A stretch of DNA of 64,000 bases, from positions 22,134,001 to 22,198,000 of the forward strand of contig OZ059894.1 of the NCBI GenBank assembly GCA_964057225.1. The letters are read 5' to 3'. Origin of the DNA: Auanema rhodensis. Taxonomy: Eukaryota; Animalia; Nematoda. Below are positions 9,601 through 24,570 of this stretch, piece by piece (the stretch's first letter is position 1; each line of letters begins with the position of its first letter). Under the pieces are notes generated by a model that saw only the letters and a program-made list of their open reading frames with translations, made no database searches and was not told the DNA's origin. A program made the position numbers and the translations under genes.

Positions 9601-12600
9601 CGATCATAACTAATTTTTGTATCAAGCGTTTCTTGATGTAGTATAGTGCATTCGATGCGGATTTTTAAGCTGCGTCGATCTGTGTTATCAGATTTGCGCT
9701 AGCTTAAAAATGCACCGAGATATCAACTGATATAAGTTCACACTTATATCCTCGATTTTCACCCTGAAGAATTAATTTTTTCGTTGAATAACATTGTCCA
9801 TCGTCTTTGCCTTAAAAAAAGAAATCTAAAAACATCTACTTTTTGCTAAATTATTCTGAAATTTTTCGAAAAAATTTTTGTCAAAATGTTTTTGGAAGCA
9901 ATGTTGAGTGTACATGGAAACTCAACATACACTAATGCATCATTTTTCAAACGATCATAACTAATTTTTGTATCAAGCGTTTCTTGATGTAGTATAGTGC
10001 ATTCGATGCGGATTTTTAAGCTGCGTCGATCTGTGTTATCAGATTTGCGCTAGCTTAAAAATGCACCGAGATATCAACTGATATAAGTTCACACTTATAT
10101 CCTCGATTTTCACCCTGAAGAATTAATTTTTTCGTTGAATAACATTGTCTATCGTCTTTGCCTTGAAAAATGGAATCTAAAAACATCTACTTTTTGCTAA
10201 ATTATTTTGAAATTTTTCGAAAAAATTTTTGTCAAAATGTTTTTGGAAGCAATGTTGAGTGTACATGGAAACTCAACATACACTAATGCATCATTTTTCA
10301 AACGATCATAACTAATTTTTGTATCAAGCGTTTCATGATGTAGTATAGTGCATTCGATGCGGATTTTTAAGCTGCGTCGATCTGTGTTATCAGATTTGCG
10401 CTAGCTTAAAAATGCACCGAGATATCAACTGATATAAGTTCACACTTATATCCTCGATTTTCACCCTGAAGAATTAATTTTTTCGTTGAATAACATTGTC
10501 CATCGTCTTTGCCTTAAAAAAAGGAATCTAAAAACATCTACTTTTTGCTAAATTATTCTGAAATTTTCCGAAAAAATTTTTGTCAAAATGTTTTTGGAAG
10601 CAATGTTGAGTGTACATGGAAACTCAACATACACTAATGCATCATTTTTCAAACGATCATAACTAATTTTTGTATCAAGCGTTTCTTGATGTAGTATAGT
10701 GCATTCGATGCGGATTTTTAAGCTGCGTCGATCTGTGTTATCAGATTTGCGCTAGCTTAAAAATGCACCGAGATATCAACTGATATAAGTTCACACTTAT
10801 ATCCTCGATTTTCACCCTGAAGAATTAATTTTTTCGTTGAATAACATTGTCTATCGTCTTTGCCTTGAAAAATGGAATCTAAAAACATCTACTTTTTGCT
10901 AAATTATTTTGAAATTTTTCGAAAAAATTTTTGTCAAAATGTTTTTGGAAGCAATGTTGAGTGTACATGGAAACTCAACATACACTAATGCATCATTTTT
11001 CAAACGATCATAACTAATTTTTGTATCAAGCGTTTCTTGATGTAGTATAGTGCATTCGATGCGGATTTTTAAGCTGCGTCGATCTGTGTTATCAGATTTG
11101 CGCTAGCTTAAAAATGCACCGAGATATCAACTGATATAAGTTCACACTTATATCCTCGATTTTCACCCTGAAGAATTAATTTTTTCGTTGAATAACATTG
11201 TCCATCGTCTTTGCCTTAAAAAAAGGAATCTAAAAACATCTACTTTTTGCTAAATTATTCTGAAATTTTTCGAAAAAATTTTTGTCAAAATGTTTTTGGA
11301 AGCAATGTTGAGTGTACATGGAAACTCAACATACACTAATGCATCATTTTTCAAACGATCATAACTAATTTGTGTATTAAGCGTTTCTTGATGTAGTATA
11401 GTGCATTCGATGCGGATTTTTGAGCTGCGTCGATCTGTGTTATCAGATTTGCGCTAGCTTAAAAATGCACCGAGATATCAACTGATATAAGTTCACACTT
11501 ATATCCTCGATTTACACCCTGAAGAATTAATTTTCTCGTTGAATAACATTGTCCATCGTCTTTGCCTTGAAAAAAGAAATCTAAAAACATCTACTTTTTG
11601 CTAAATTATTTTGAAATTTTTCGAAAAAATTTTTGTCAAAATGTTTTTGGAAGCAATGTTGAGTGTACATGGAAACTCAACATACACTAATGCATCATTT
11701 TTCAAACGATCATAACTAATTTGTGTATTAAGCGTTTCTCAATGTAGTATAGTGCATTCGATGCGGATTTTTAAGCTGCGTCGATCTGTGTTATCAGATT
11801 TGCGCTAGCTTAAAAATGCACCGAGATATCAACTGATATAAGTTCACACTTATATCCTCGATTTTCACCCTGAAGAATTAATTTTTTCGTTGAATAACAT
11901 TGTCCATCGTCTTTGCCTTAAAAAAAGAAATCTAAAAACATCTACTTTTTGCTAAATTATTTTGAAATTTTTCGAAAAAATTTTTGTCAAAATGTTTTTG
12001 GAAGCAATGTTGAGTGTACATGGAAACTCAACATACACTAATGCATCATTTTTCAAACGATCATAACTAATTTTTGTATCAAACGTTTCTCAATGTAGTA
12101 TAGTGCATTCGATGCGGATTTTTAAGCTGCGTCGATCTGTGTTATCAGATTTGCGCTAGCTTAAAAATGCACCGAGATATCAACTGATATAAGTTCACAC
12201 TTATATCCTCGATTTTCACCCTGAAGAATTAATTTTTTCGTTGAATAACATTGTCCATCGTCTTTGCCTTAAAAAAAGGAATCTAAAAACATCTACTTTT
12301 TGCTGAATTATTCTGAAATTTTTCGAAAAAATTTTTGTCAAAATGTTTTTGGAAGCAATGTTGAGTGTACATGGAAACTCAACATACACTAATGCATCAT
12401 TTTTCAAACGATCATAACTAATTTTTGTATCAAACGTTTCTCAATGTAGTATAGTGCATTCGATGCGGATTTTTAAGCTGCGTCGATCTGTGTTATCAGA
12501 TTTGCGCTAGCTTAAAAATGCACCGAGATATCAACTGATATAAGTTCACACTTATATCCTCGATTTTCACCCTGAAGAATTAATTTTTTCGTTGAATAAC

Positions 12601-14040
12601 ATTGTCCATCGTCTTTGCCTTAAAAAAAGGAATCTAAAAACATCTACTTTTTGCTGAATTATTCTGAAATTTTTCGAAAAAATTTTTGTCAAAATGTTTT
12701 TGGAAGCAATGTTGAGTGTACATGGAAACTCAACATACACTAATGCATCATTTTTCAAACGATCATAACTAATTTTTGTATTAAGCGTTTCTCAATGTAG
12801 TATAGTGCATTCGATGCGGATTTTTAAGCTGCGTCGATCTGTGTTATCAGATTTGCGCTAGCTTAAAAATGCACCGAGATATCAACTGATATAAGTTCAC
12901 ACTTATATCCTCGATTTTCACCCTGAAGAATTAATTTTTTCGTTGAATAACATTGTCCATCGTCTTTGCCTTAAAAAAAGGAATCTAAAAACATCTACTT
13001 TTTGCTAAATTATTTTGAAATTTTTCGAAAAAATTTTTGTCAAAATGTTTTTGGAAGCAATGTTGAGTGTACATGGAAACTCAACATACACTAATGCATC
13101 ATTTTTCAAACGATCATAACTAATTTTTGTATCAAGCGTTTCTTGATGTAGTATAGTGCATTCGATGCGGATTTTTAAGCTGCGTCGATCTGTGTTATCA
13201 GATTTGCGCTAGCTTAAAAATGCACCGAGATATCAACTGATATAAGTTCACACTTATATCCTCGATTTTCACCCTGAAGAATTAATTTTTTCGTTGAATA
13301 ACATTGTCTATCGTCTTTGCCTTGAAAAATGGAATCTAAAAACATCTACTTTTTGCTAAATTATTTTGAAATTTTTCGAAAAAATTTTTGTCAAAATGTT
13401 TTTGGAAGCAATGTTGAGTGTACATGGAAACTCAACATACACTAATGCATCATTTTTCAAACGATCATAACTAATTTTTGTATCAAGCGTTTCTTGATGT
13501 AGTATAGTGCATTCGATGCGGATTTTTAAGCTGCGTCGATCTGTGTTATCAGATTTGCGCTAGCTTAAAAATGCACCGAGATATCAACTGATATAAGTTC
13601 ACACTTATATCCTCGATTTTCACCCTGAAGAATTAATTTTTTCGTTGAATAACATTGTCCATCGTCTTTGCCTTAAAAAAAGGAATCTAAAAACATCTAC
13701 TTTTTGCTAAATTATTCTAAAATTTTTCGAAAAAATTTTTGTCAAAATGTTTTTGGAAGCAATGTTGAGTGTACATGGAAACTCAACATACACTAATGCA
13801 TCATTTTTCAAACGATCATAACTAATTTGTGTATTAAGCGTTTCTTGATGTAGTATAGTGCATTCGATGCGGATTTTTAAGCTGCGTCGATCTGTGTTAT
13901 CAGATTTGCGCTAGCTTAAAAATGCACCGAGATATCAACTGATATAAGTTCACACTTATATCCTCGATTTTCACCCTGAAGAATTAATTTTTTCGTTGAA
14001 TAACATTGTCCATCGTCTTTGCCTTAAAAAAAGGAATCTA
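6640..14040. repeat. Duplicated ~8-monomer block (end of m19 to m27, copied at end of m31 to m40), offset 12 then 13 monomers
   Basis: TTTGAGCT at 7210/11422; TTTACACC + TTCTCG at ~7302/~11514; GCTGAAT at 8093/12305 and 12656; TTCTAAAAT at 9156/13719. Confidence 0.8.
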
Positions 14041-15444
14041 AAAACATCTACTTTTTGCTAAATTATTTTGAAATTTTTCGAAAAAATTTTTGTCAAAATG
14101 TTTTTGGAAGCAATGTTGAGTGTACATGGAAACTCAACATACACTAATGCATCATTTTTCAAACGATCATAACTAATTTTTGTATCAAACGTTTCTCAAT
14201 GTAGTATAGTGCATTCGATGCGGATTTTTAAGCTGCGTCGATCTGTGTTATCAGATTTGCGCTAGCTTAAAAATGCACCGAGATATCAACTGATATAAGT
14301 TCACACTTATATCCTCGATTTTCACCCTGAAGAATTAATTTTTTCGTTGAATAACATTGTCCATCGTCTTTGCCTTAAAAAAAGGAATCTAAAAACATCT
14401 ACTTTTTGCTGAATTATTCTGAAATTTTTCGAAAAAATTTTTGTCAAAATGTTTTTGGAAGCAATGTTGAGTGTACATGGAAACTCAACATACACTAATG
14501 CATCATTTTTCAAACGATCATAACTAATTTTTGTATTAAGCGTTTCTCAATGTAGTATAGTGCATTCGATGCGGATTTTTAAGCTGCGTCGATCTGTGTT
14601 ATCAGATTTGCGCTAGCTTAAAAATGCACCGAGATATCAACTGATATAAGTTCACACTTATATCCTCGATTTTCACCCTGAAGAATTAATTTTTTCGTTG
14701 AATAACATTGTCCATCGTCTTTGCCTTAAAAAAAGGAATCTAAAAACATCTACTTTTTGCTAAATTATTTTGAAATTTTTCGAAAAAATTTTTGTCAAAA
14801 TGTTTTTGGAAGCAATGTTGAGTGTACATGGAAACTCAACATACACTAATGCATCATTTTTCAAACGATCATAACTAATTTTTGTATCAAGCGTTTCTTG
14901 ATGTAGTATAGTGCATTCGATGCGGATTTTTAAGCTGCGTCGATCTGTGTTATCAGATTTGCGCTAGCTTAAAAATGCACCGAGATATCAACTGATATAA
15001 GTTCACACTTATATCCTCGATTTTCACCCTGAAGAATTAATTTTTTCGTTGAATAACATTGTCCATCGTCTTTGCCTTAAAAAAAGGAATCTAAAAACAT
15101 CTACTTTTTGCTAAATTATTTTGAAATTTTTCGAAAAAATTTTTGTCAAAATGTTTTTGGAAGCAATGTTGAGTGTACATGGAAACTCAACATACACTAA
15201 TGCATCATTTTTCAAACGAACATAACTAATTTTTTTATTAAGCGTTTCTCAATGTAGTATAGTGCATTCGATGCGGATTTTTAAGCTGCGTCGATCTGTG
15301 TTATCAGATTTGCGCTAGCTTAAAAATGCACCGAGATATCAACTGATATAAGTTCACACTTATATCCTCGATTTTCACCCTGAAGAATTAATTTTTTCGT
15401 TGAATAACATTGTCCATCGTCTTTGCCTTAAAAAAAGGAATCTA

Positions 15445-18400
15445 AAAACATCTACTTTTTGCTAAATTATTTTGAAATTTTTCGAAAAAATTTTTGTCAA
15501 AATGTTTTTGGAAGCAATGTTGAGTGTACATGGAAACTCAACATACACTAATGCATCATTTTTCAAACGAACATAACTAATTTTTTTATTAAGCGTTTCT
15601 CAATGTAGTATAGTGCATTCGATGCGGATTTTTAAGCTGCGTCGATCTGTGTTATCAGATTTGCGCTAGCTTAAAAATGCACCGAGATATCAACTGATAT
15701 AAGTTCACACTTATATCCTCGATTTTCACCCTGAAGAATTAATTTTTTCGTTGAATAACATTGTCCATCGTCTTTGCCTTAAAAAAAGGAATCTAAAAAC
15801 ATCTACTTTTTGCTAAATTATTTTGAAATTTTTCGAAAAAATTTTTGTCAAAATGTTTTTGGAAGCAATGTTGAGTGTACATGGAAACTCAACATACACT
15901 AATGCATCATTTTTCAAACGATCATAACTAATTTTTGTATCAAGCGTTTCTTGATGTAGTATAGTGCATTCGATGCGGATTTTTAAGCTGCGTCGATCTG
16001 TGTTATCAGATTTGCGCTAGCTTAAAAATGCACCGAGATATCAACTGATATAAGTTCACACTTATATCCTCGATTTACACCCTGAAGAATTAATTTTCTC
16101 GTTGAATAACATTGTCCATCGTCTTTGCCTTGAAAAAAGAAATCTAAAAACATCTACTTTTTGCTAAATTATTTTGAAATTTTTCGAAAAAATTTTTGTC
16201 AAAATGTTTTTGGAAGCAATGTTGAGTGTACATGGAAACTCAACATACACTAATGCATCATTTTTCAAACGATCATAACTAATTTGTGTATTAAGCGTTT
16301 CTCAATGTAGTATAGTGCATTCGATGCGGATTTTTAAGCTGCGTCGATCTGTGTTATCAGATTTGCGCTAGCTTAAAAATGCACCGAGATATCAACTGAT
16401 ATAAGTTCACACTTATATCCTCGATTTTCACCCTGAAGAATTAATTTTTTCGTTGAATAACATTGTCCATCGTCTTACCCTTAAAAAAAGGAATCTAAAA
16501 ACATCTACTTTTTGCTAAATTATTTTGAAATTTTTCGAAAAAATTTTTGTCAAAATGTTTTTGGAAGCAATGTTGAGTGTACATGGAAACTCAACATACA
16601 CTAATGCATCATTTTTCAAACGATCATAACTAATTTTTGTATCAAACGTTTTTCAATGTAGTATAGTGCATTCGATGCGGATTTTTAAGCTGCGTCGATC
16701 TGTGTTATCAGATTTGCGCTAGCTTAAAAATGCACCGAGATATCAACTGATATAAGTTCACACTTATATCCTCGATTTTCACCCTGAAGAATTAATTTTT
16801 TCGTTGAATAACATTGTCCATCGTCTTTGCCTTAAAAAAAGGAATCTAAAAACATCTACTTTTTGCTGAATTATTCTGAAATTTTTCGAAAAAATTTTTG
16901 TCAAAATGTTTTTGGAAGCAATGTTGAGTGTACATGGAAACTCAACATACACTAATGCATCATTTTTCAAACGATCATAACTAATTTTTGTATTAAGCGT
17001 TTCTCAATGTAGTATAGTGCATTCGATGCGGATTTTTAAGCTGCGTCGATCTCTGTTATCAGATTTGCGCTAGCTTAAAAATGCACCGAGATATCAACTG
17101 ATATAAGTTCACACTTATATCCTCGATTTTCACCCTGAAGAATTAATTTTTTCGTTGAATAACATTGTCCATCGTCTTTGCCTTAAAAAAAGGAATCTAA
17201 AAACATCTACTTTTTGCTAAATTATTTTGAAATTTTTCGAAAAAATTTTTGTCAAAATGTTTTTGGAAGCAATGTTGAGTGTACATGGAAACTCAACATA
17301 CACTAATGCATCATTTTTCAAACGATCATAACTAATTTTTGTATCAAGCGTTTCTTGATGTAGTATAGTGCATTCGATGCGGATTTTTAAGCTGCGTCGA
17401 TCTGTGTTATCAGATTTGCGCTAGCTTAAAAATGCACCGAGATATCAACTGATATAAGTTCACACTTATATCCTCGATTTTCACCCTGAAGAATTAATTT
17501 TTTCGTTGAATAACATTGTCCATCGTCTTTGCCTTGAAAAAAGAAATCTAAAAACATCTACTTTTTGCTAAATTATTTTGAAATTTTTCGAAAAAATTTT
17601 TGTCAAAATGTTTTTGGAAGCAATGTTGAGTGTACATGGAAACTCAACATACACTAATGCATCATTTTTCAAACGATCATAACTAATTTGTGTATTAAGC
17701 GTTTCTCAATGTAGTATAGTGCATTCGATGCGGATTCTTAAGCTGCGTCGATCTGTGTTATCAGATTTGCGCTAGCTTAAAAATGCACCGAGATATCAAC
17801 TGATATAAGTTCACACTTATATCCTCGATTTTCACCCTGAAGAATTAATTTTTTCGTTGAATAACATTGTCCATCGTCTTTGCCTTAAAAAAAGGAATCT
17901 AAAAACATCTACTTTTTGCTAAATTATTTTGAAATTTTTCGAAAAAATTTTTGTCAAAATGTTTTTGGAAGCAATGTTGAGTGTACATGGAAACTCAACA
18001 TACACTAATGCATCATTTTTCAAACGATCATAACTAATTTTTGTATTAAGCGTTTCTCAATGTAGTATAGTGCATTCGATGCGGATTTTTAAGTTGCGTC
18101 GATCTGTGTTATCAGATTTGCGCTAGCTTGAAAATGCACCGAGATATCAACTGATATAAGTTTACACTTATATCCTCGATTTTCACCCTGAAGAATTAAT
18201 TTTTTCGTTGAATAACATTGTCCATCGTCTTTGCCTTGAAAAAAGAAATCTAAAAACATCTACTTTTTGCTAAATTATTTTGAAATTTTTCGAAAAAATT
18301 TTTGTCAAAATGTTTTTGGAAGCAATGTTGAGTGTACATGGAAACTCAACATACACTAATGCATCATTTTTCAAACGATCATAACTAATTTTTGTATTAA

Positions 18401-21400
18401 GCGTTTCTCAATGTAGTATAGTGCATTCGATGCGGATTTTTAAGCTGCGTCGATCTGTGTTATCAGATTTGCGCTAGCTTAAAAATGCACCGAGATATCA
18501 ACTGATATAAGTTCACACTTATATCCTCGATTTTCACCCTGAAGAATTAATTTTTTCGTTGAATAACATTGTCCATCGTCTTCGCCTTAAAAAAAGGAAT
18601 CTAAAAACATCTACTTTTTGCTAAATTATTTTGAAATTTTTCGAAAAAATTTTTGTCAAAATGTTTTTGGAAGCAATGTTGAGTGTACATGGAAACTCAA
18701 CATACACTAATGCATCATTTTTCAAACGATCATAACTAATTTGTGTATTAAGCGTTTCTCAATGTAGTATAGTGCATTCGATGCGGATTTTTAAGCTGCG
18801 TCGATCTGTGTTATCAGATTTGCGCTAGCTTAAAAATGCACCGAGATATCAACTGATATAAGTTCACACTTATATCCTCGATTTTCACCCTGAAGAATTA
18901 ATTTTTTCGTTGAATAACATTGTCCATCGTCTTTGCCTTAAAAAAAGGAATCTAAAAACATCTACTTTTTGCTAAATTATTTTGAAATTTTTCGAAAAAA
19001 TTTTTGTCAAAATGTTTTTGGAAGCAATGTTGAGTGTACATGGAAACTCAACATACACTAATGCATCATTTTTCAAACGAACATAACTAATTTTTTTATT
19101 AAGCGTTTCTCAATGTAGTATAGTGCATTCGATGCGGATTTTTAAGCTGCGTCGATCTGTGTTATCAGATTTGCGCTAGCTTAAAAATGCACCGAGATAT
19201 CAACTGATATAAGTTCACACTTATATCCTCGATTTTCACCCTGAAGAATTAATTTTTTCGTTGAATAACATTGTCCATCGTCTTTGCCTTAAAAAAAGGA
19301 ATCTAAAAACATCTACTTTTTGCTAAATTATTTTGAAATTTTTCGAAAAAATTTTTGTCAAAATGTTTTTGGAAGCAATGTTGAGTGTACATGGAAACTC
19401 AACATACACTAATGCATCATTTTTCAAACGATCATAACTAATTTTTGTATCAAGCGTTTCTTGATGTAGTATAGTGCATTCGATGCGGATTTTTAAGCTG
19501 CGTCGATCTGTGTTATCAGATTTGCGCTAGCTTAAAAATGCACCGAGATATCAACTGATATAAGTTCACACTTATATCCTCGATTTACACCCTGAAGAAT
19601 TAATTTTCTCGTTGAATAACATTGTCCATCGTCTTTGCCTTGAAAAAAGAAATCTAAAAACATCTACTTTTTGCTAAATTATTTTGAAATTTTTCGAAAA
19701 AATTTTTGTCAAAATGTTTTTGGAAGCAATGTTGAGTGTACATGGAAACTCAACATACACTAATGCATCATTTTTCAAACGATCATAACTAATTTGTGTA
19801 TTAAGCGTTTCTCAATGTAGTATAGTGCATTCGATGCGGATTTTTAAGCTGCGTCGATCTGTGTTATCAGATTTGCGCTAGCTTAAAAATGCACCGAGAT
19901 ATCAACTGATATAAGTTCACACTTATATCCTCGATTTTCACCCTGAAGAATTAATTTTTTCGTTGAATAACATTGTCCATCGTCTTTGCCTTAAAAAAAG
20001 GAATCTAAAAACATCTACTTTTTGCTAAATTATTTTGAAATTTTTCGAAAAAATTTTTGTCAAAATGTTTTTGGAAGCAATGTTGAGTGTACATGGAAAC
20101 TCAACATACACTAATGCATCATTTTTCAAACGATCATAACTAATTTTTGTATCAAACGTTTCTCAATGTAGTATAGTGCATTCGATGCGGATTTTTAAGC
20201 TGCGTCGATCTGTGTTATCAGATTTGCGCTAGCTTAAAAATGCACCGAGATATCAACTGATATAAGTTCACACTTATATCCTCGATTTTCACCCTGAAGA
20301 ATTAATTTTTTCGTTGAATAACATTGTCCATCGTCTTTGCCTTAAAAAAAGGAATCTAAAAACATCTACTTTTTGCTGAATTATTCTGAAATTTTTCGAA
20401 AAAATTTTTGTCAAAATGTTTTTGGAAGCAATGTTGAGTGTACATGGAAACTCAACATACACTAATGCATCATTTTTCAAACGATCATAACTAATTTTTG
20501 TATTAAGCGTTTCTCAATGTAGTATAGTGCATTCGATGCGGATTTTTAAGCTGCGTCGATCTCTGTTATCAGATTTGCGCTAGCTTAAAAATGCACCGAG
20601 ATATCAACTGATATAAGTTCACACTTATATCCTCGATTTTCACCCTGAAGAATTAATTTTTTCGTTGAATAACATTGTCCATCGTCTTTGCCTTAAAAAA
20701 AGGAATCTAAAAACATCTACTTTTTGCTAAATTATTTTGAAATTTTTCGAAAAAATTTTTGTCAAAATGTTTTTGGAAGCAATGTTGAGTGTACATGGAA
20801 ACTCAACATACACTAATGCATCATTTTTCAAACGATCATAACTAATTTTTGTATCAAGCGTTTCTTGATGTAGTATAGTGCATTCGATGCGGATTTTTAA
20901 GCTGCGTCGATCTGTGTTATCAGATTTGCGCTAGCTTAAAAATGCACCGAGATATCAACTGATATAAGTTCACACTTATATCCTCGATTTTCACCCTGAA
21001 GAATTAATTTTTTCGTTGAATAACATTGTCCATCGTCTTTGCCTTGAAAAAAGAAATCTAAAAACATCTACTTTTTGCTAAATTATTTTGAAATTTTTCG
21101 AAAAAATTTTTGTCAAAATGTTTTTGGAAGCAATGTTGAGTGTACATGGAAACTCAACATACACTAATGCATCATTTTTCAAACGATCATAACTAATTTG
21201 TGTATTAAGCGTTTCTCAATGTAGTATAGTGCATTCGATGCGGATTCTTAAGCTGCGTCGATCTGTGTTATCAGATTTGCGCTAGCTTAAAAATGCACCG
21301 AGATATCAACTGATATAAGTTCACACTTATATCCTCGATTTTCACCCTGAAGAATTAATTTTTTCGTTGAATAACATTGTCCATCGTCTTTGCCTTAAAA

Positions 21401-22464
21401 AAAGGAATCTAAAAACATCTACTTTTTGCTAAATTATTTTGAAATTTTTCGAAAAAATTTTTGTCAAAATGTTTTTGGAAGCAATGTTGAGTGTACATGG
21501 AAACTCAACATACACTAATGCATCATTTTTCAAACGATCATAACTAATTTTTGTATTAAGCGTTTCTCAATGTAGTATAGTGCATTCGATGCGGATTTTT
21601 AAGTTGCGTCGATCTGTGTTATCAGATTTGCGCTAGCTTGAAAATGCACCGAGATATCAACTGATATAAGTTTACACTTATATCCTCGATTTTCACCCTG
21701 AAGAATTAATTTTTTCGTTGAATAACATTGTCCATCGTCTTTGCCTTGAAAAAAGAAATCTAAAAACATCTACTTTTTGCTAAATTATTTTGAAATTTTT
21801 CGAAAAAATTTTTGTCAAAATGTTTTTGGAAGCAATGTTGAGTGTACATGGAAACTCAACATACACTAATGCATCATTTTTCAAACGATCATAACTAATT
21901 TTTGTATTAAGCGTTTCTCAATGTAGTATAGTGCATTCGATGCGGATTTTTAAGCTGCGTCGATCTGTGTTATCAGATTTGCGCTAGCTTAAAAATGCAC
22001 CGAGATATCAACTGATATAAGTTCACACTTATATCCTCGATTTTCACCCTGAAGAATTAATTTTTTCGTTGAATAACATTGTCCATCGTCTTCGCCTTAA
22101 AAAAAGGAATCTAAAAACATCTACTTTTTGCTAAATTATTTTGAAATTTTTCGAAAAAATTTTTGTCAAAATGTTTTTGGAAGCAATGTTGAGTGTACAT
22201 GGAAACTCAACATACACTAATGCATCATTTTTCAAACGATCATAACTAATTTGTGTATTAAGCGTTTCTCAATGTAGTATAGTGCATTCGATGCGGATTT
22301 TTAAGCTGCGTCGATCTGTGTTATCAGATTTGCGCTAGCTTAAAAATGCACCGAGATATCAACTGATATAAGTTCACACTTATATCCTCGATTTTCACCC
22401 TGAAGAATTAATTTTTTCGTTGAATAACATTGTCCATCGTCTTTGCCTTAAAAAAAGGAATCTA
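15445..22464. repeat. Tandem 10-monomer (3510-bp) higher-order duplication, m45-54 / m55-64
   Basis: At least six rare markers recur exactly 3510 bp apart: GAACAT 15571/19081, TTTACACC 16077/19587, CTCTGT 17053/20563, GATTCTT 17737/21247, AAGTTG 18094/21604, TTCGCC 18583/22093. Confidence 0.9.
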
Positions 22465-24570
22465 AAAACATCTACTTTTTGCTAAATTATTTTGAAATTT
22501 TTCGAAAAAATTTTTGTCAAAATGTTTTTGGAAGCAATGTTGAGTGTACATGGAAACTCAACATACACTAATGCATCATTTTTCAAACGATCATAACTAA
22601 TTTTTGTATCAAACGTTTCTCAATGTAGTATAGTGCATTCGATGCGGATTTTTAAGCTGCGTCGATCTGTGTTATCAGATTTGCGCTAGCTTAAAAATGC
22701 ACCGAGATATCAACTGATATAAGTTCACACTTATATCCTCGATTTTCACCCTGAAGAATTAATTTTTTCGTTGAATAACATTGTCCATCGTCTTTGCCTT
22801 AAAAAAAGGAATCTAAAAACATCTACTTTTTGCTGAATTATTCTGAAATTTTTCGAAAAAATTTTTGTCAAAATGTTTTTGGAAGCAATGTTGAGTGTAC
22901 ATGGAAACTCAACATACACTAATGCATCATTTTTCAAACGATCATAACTAATTTTTGTATCAAGCGTTTCTTGATGTAGTATAGTGCATTCGATGCGGAT
23001 TTTTAAGCTGCGTCGATCTGTGTTATCAGATTTGCGCTAGCTTAAAAATGCACCGAGATATCAACTGATATAAGTTCACACTTATATCCTCGATTTTCAC
23101 CCTGAAGAATTAATTTTTTCGTTGAATAACATTGTCCATCGTCTTTGCCTTGAAAAAAGAAATCTAAAAACATCTACTTTTTGCTAAATTATTTTGAAAT
23201 TTTTCGAAAAAATTTTTGTCAAAATGTTTTTGGAAGCAATGTTGAGTGTACATGGAAACTCAACATACACTAATGCATCATTTTTCAAACGATCATAACT
23301 AATTTGTGTATTAAGCGTTTCTCAATGTAGTATAGTGCATTCGATGCGGATTCTTAAGCTGCGTCGATCTGTGTTATCAGATTTGCGCTAGCTTAAAAAT
23401 GCACCGAGATATCAACTGATATAAGTTCACACTTATATCCTCGATTTTCACCCTGAAGAATTAATTTTTTCGTTGAATAACATTGTCCATCGTCTTTGCC
23501 TTAAAAAAAGGAATCTAAAAACATCTACTTTTTGCTAAATTATTTTGAAAATTTTCGAAAAAATTTTTGTCAAAATGTTTTTGGAAGCAATGTTGAGTGT
23601 ACATGGAAACTCAACATACACTAATGCATCATTTTTCAAACGATCATAACTAATTTTTGTATTAAGCGTTTCTCAATGTAGTATAGTGCATTCGATGCGG
23701 ATTTTTAAGTTGCGTCGATCTGTGTTATCAGATTTGCGCTAGCTTGAAAATGCACCGAGATATCAACTGATATAAGTTTACACTTATATCCTCGATTTTC
23801 ACCCTGAAGAATTAATTTTTTCGTTGAATAACATTGTCCATCGTCTTTGCCTTGAAAAAAGAAATCTAAAAACATCTACTTTTTGCTAAATTATTTTGAA
23901 ATTTTTCGAAAAAATTTTTGTCAAAATGTTTTTGGAAGCAATGTTGAGTGTACATGGAAACTCAACATACACTAATGCATCATTTTTCAAACGATCATAA
24001 CTAATTTTTGTATTAAGCGTTTCTCAATGTAGTATAGTGCATTCGATGCGGATTTTTAAGCTGCGTCGATCTGTGTTATCAGATTTGCGCTAGCTTAAAA
24101 ATGCACCGAGATATCAACTGATATAAGTTCACACTTATATCCTCGATTTTCACCCTGAAGAATTAATTTTTTCGTTGAATAACATTGTCCATCGTCTTTG
24201 CCTTAAAAAAAGGAATCTAAAAACATCTACTTTTTGCTAAATTATTTTGAAATTTTTCGAAAAAATTTTTGTCAAAATGTTTTTGGAAGCAATGTTGAGT
24301 GTACATGGAAACTCAACATACACTAATGCATCATTTTTCAAACGATCATAACTAATTTGTGTATTAAGCGTTTCTCAATGTAGTATAGTGCATTCGATGC
24401 GGATTTTTAAGCTGCGTCGATCTGTGTTATCAGATTTGCGCTAGCTTAAAAATGCACCGAGATATCAACTGATATAAGTTCACACTTATATCCTCGATTT
24501 TCACCCTGAAGAATTAATTTTTTCGTTGAATAACATTGTCCATCGTCTTTGCCTTGGAAAAAGAAATCTA

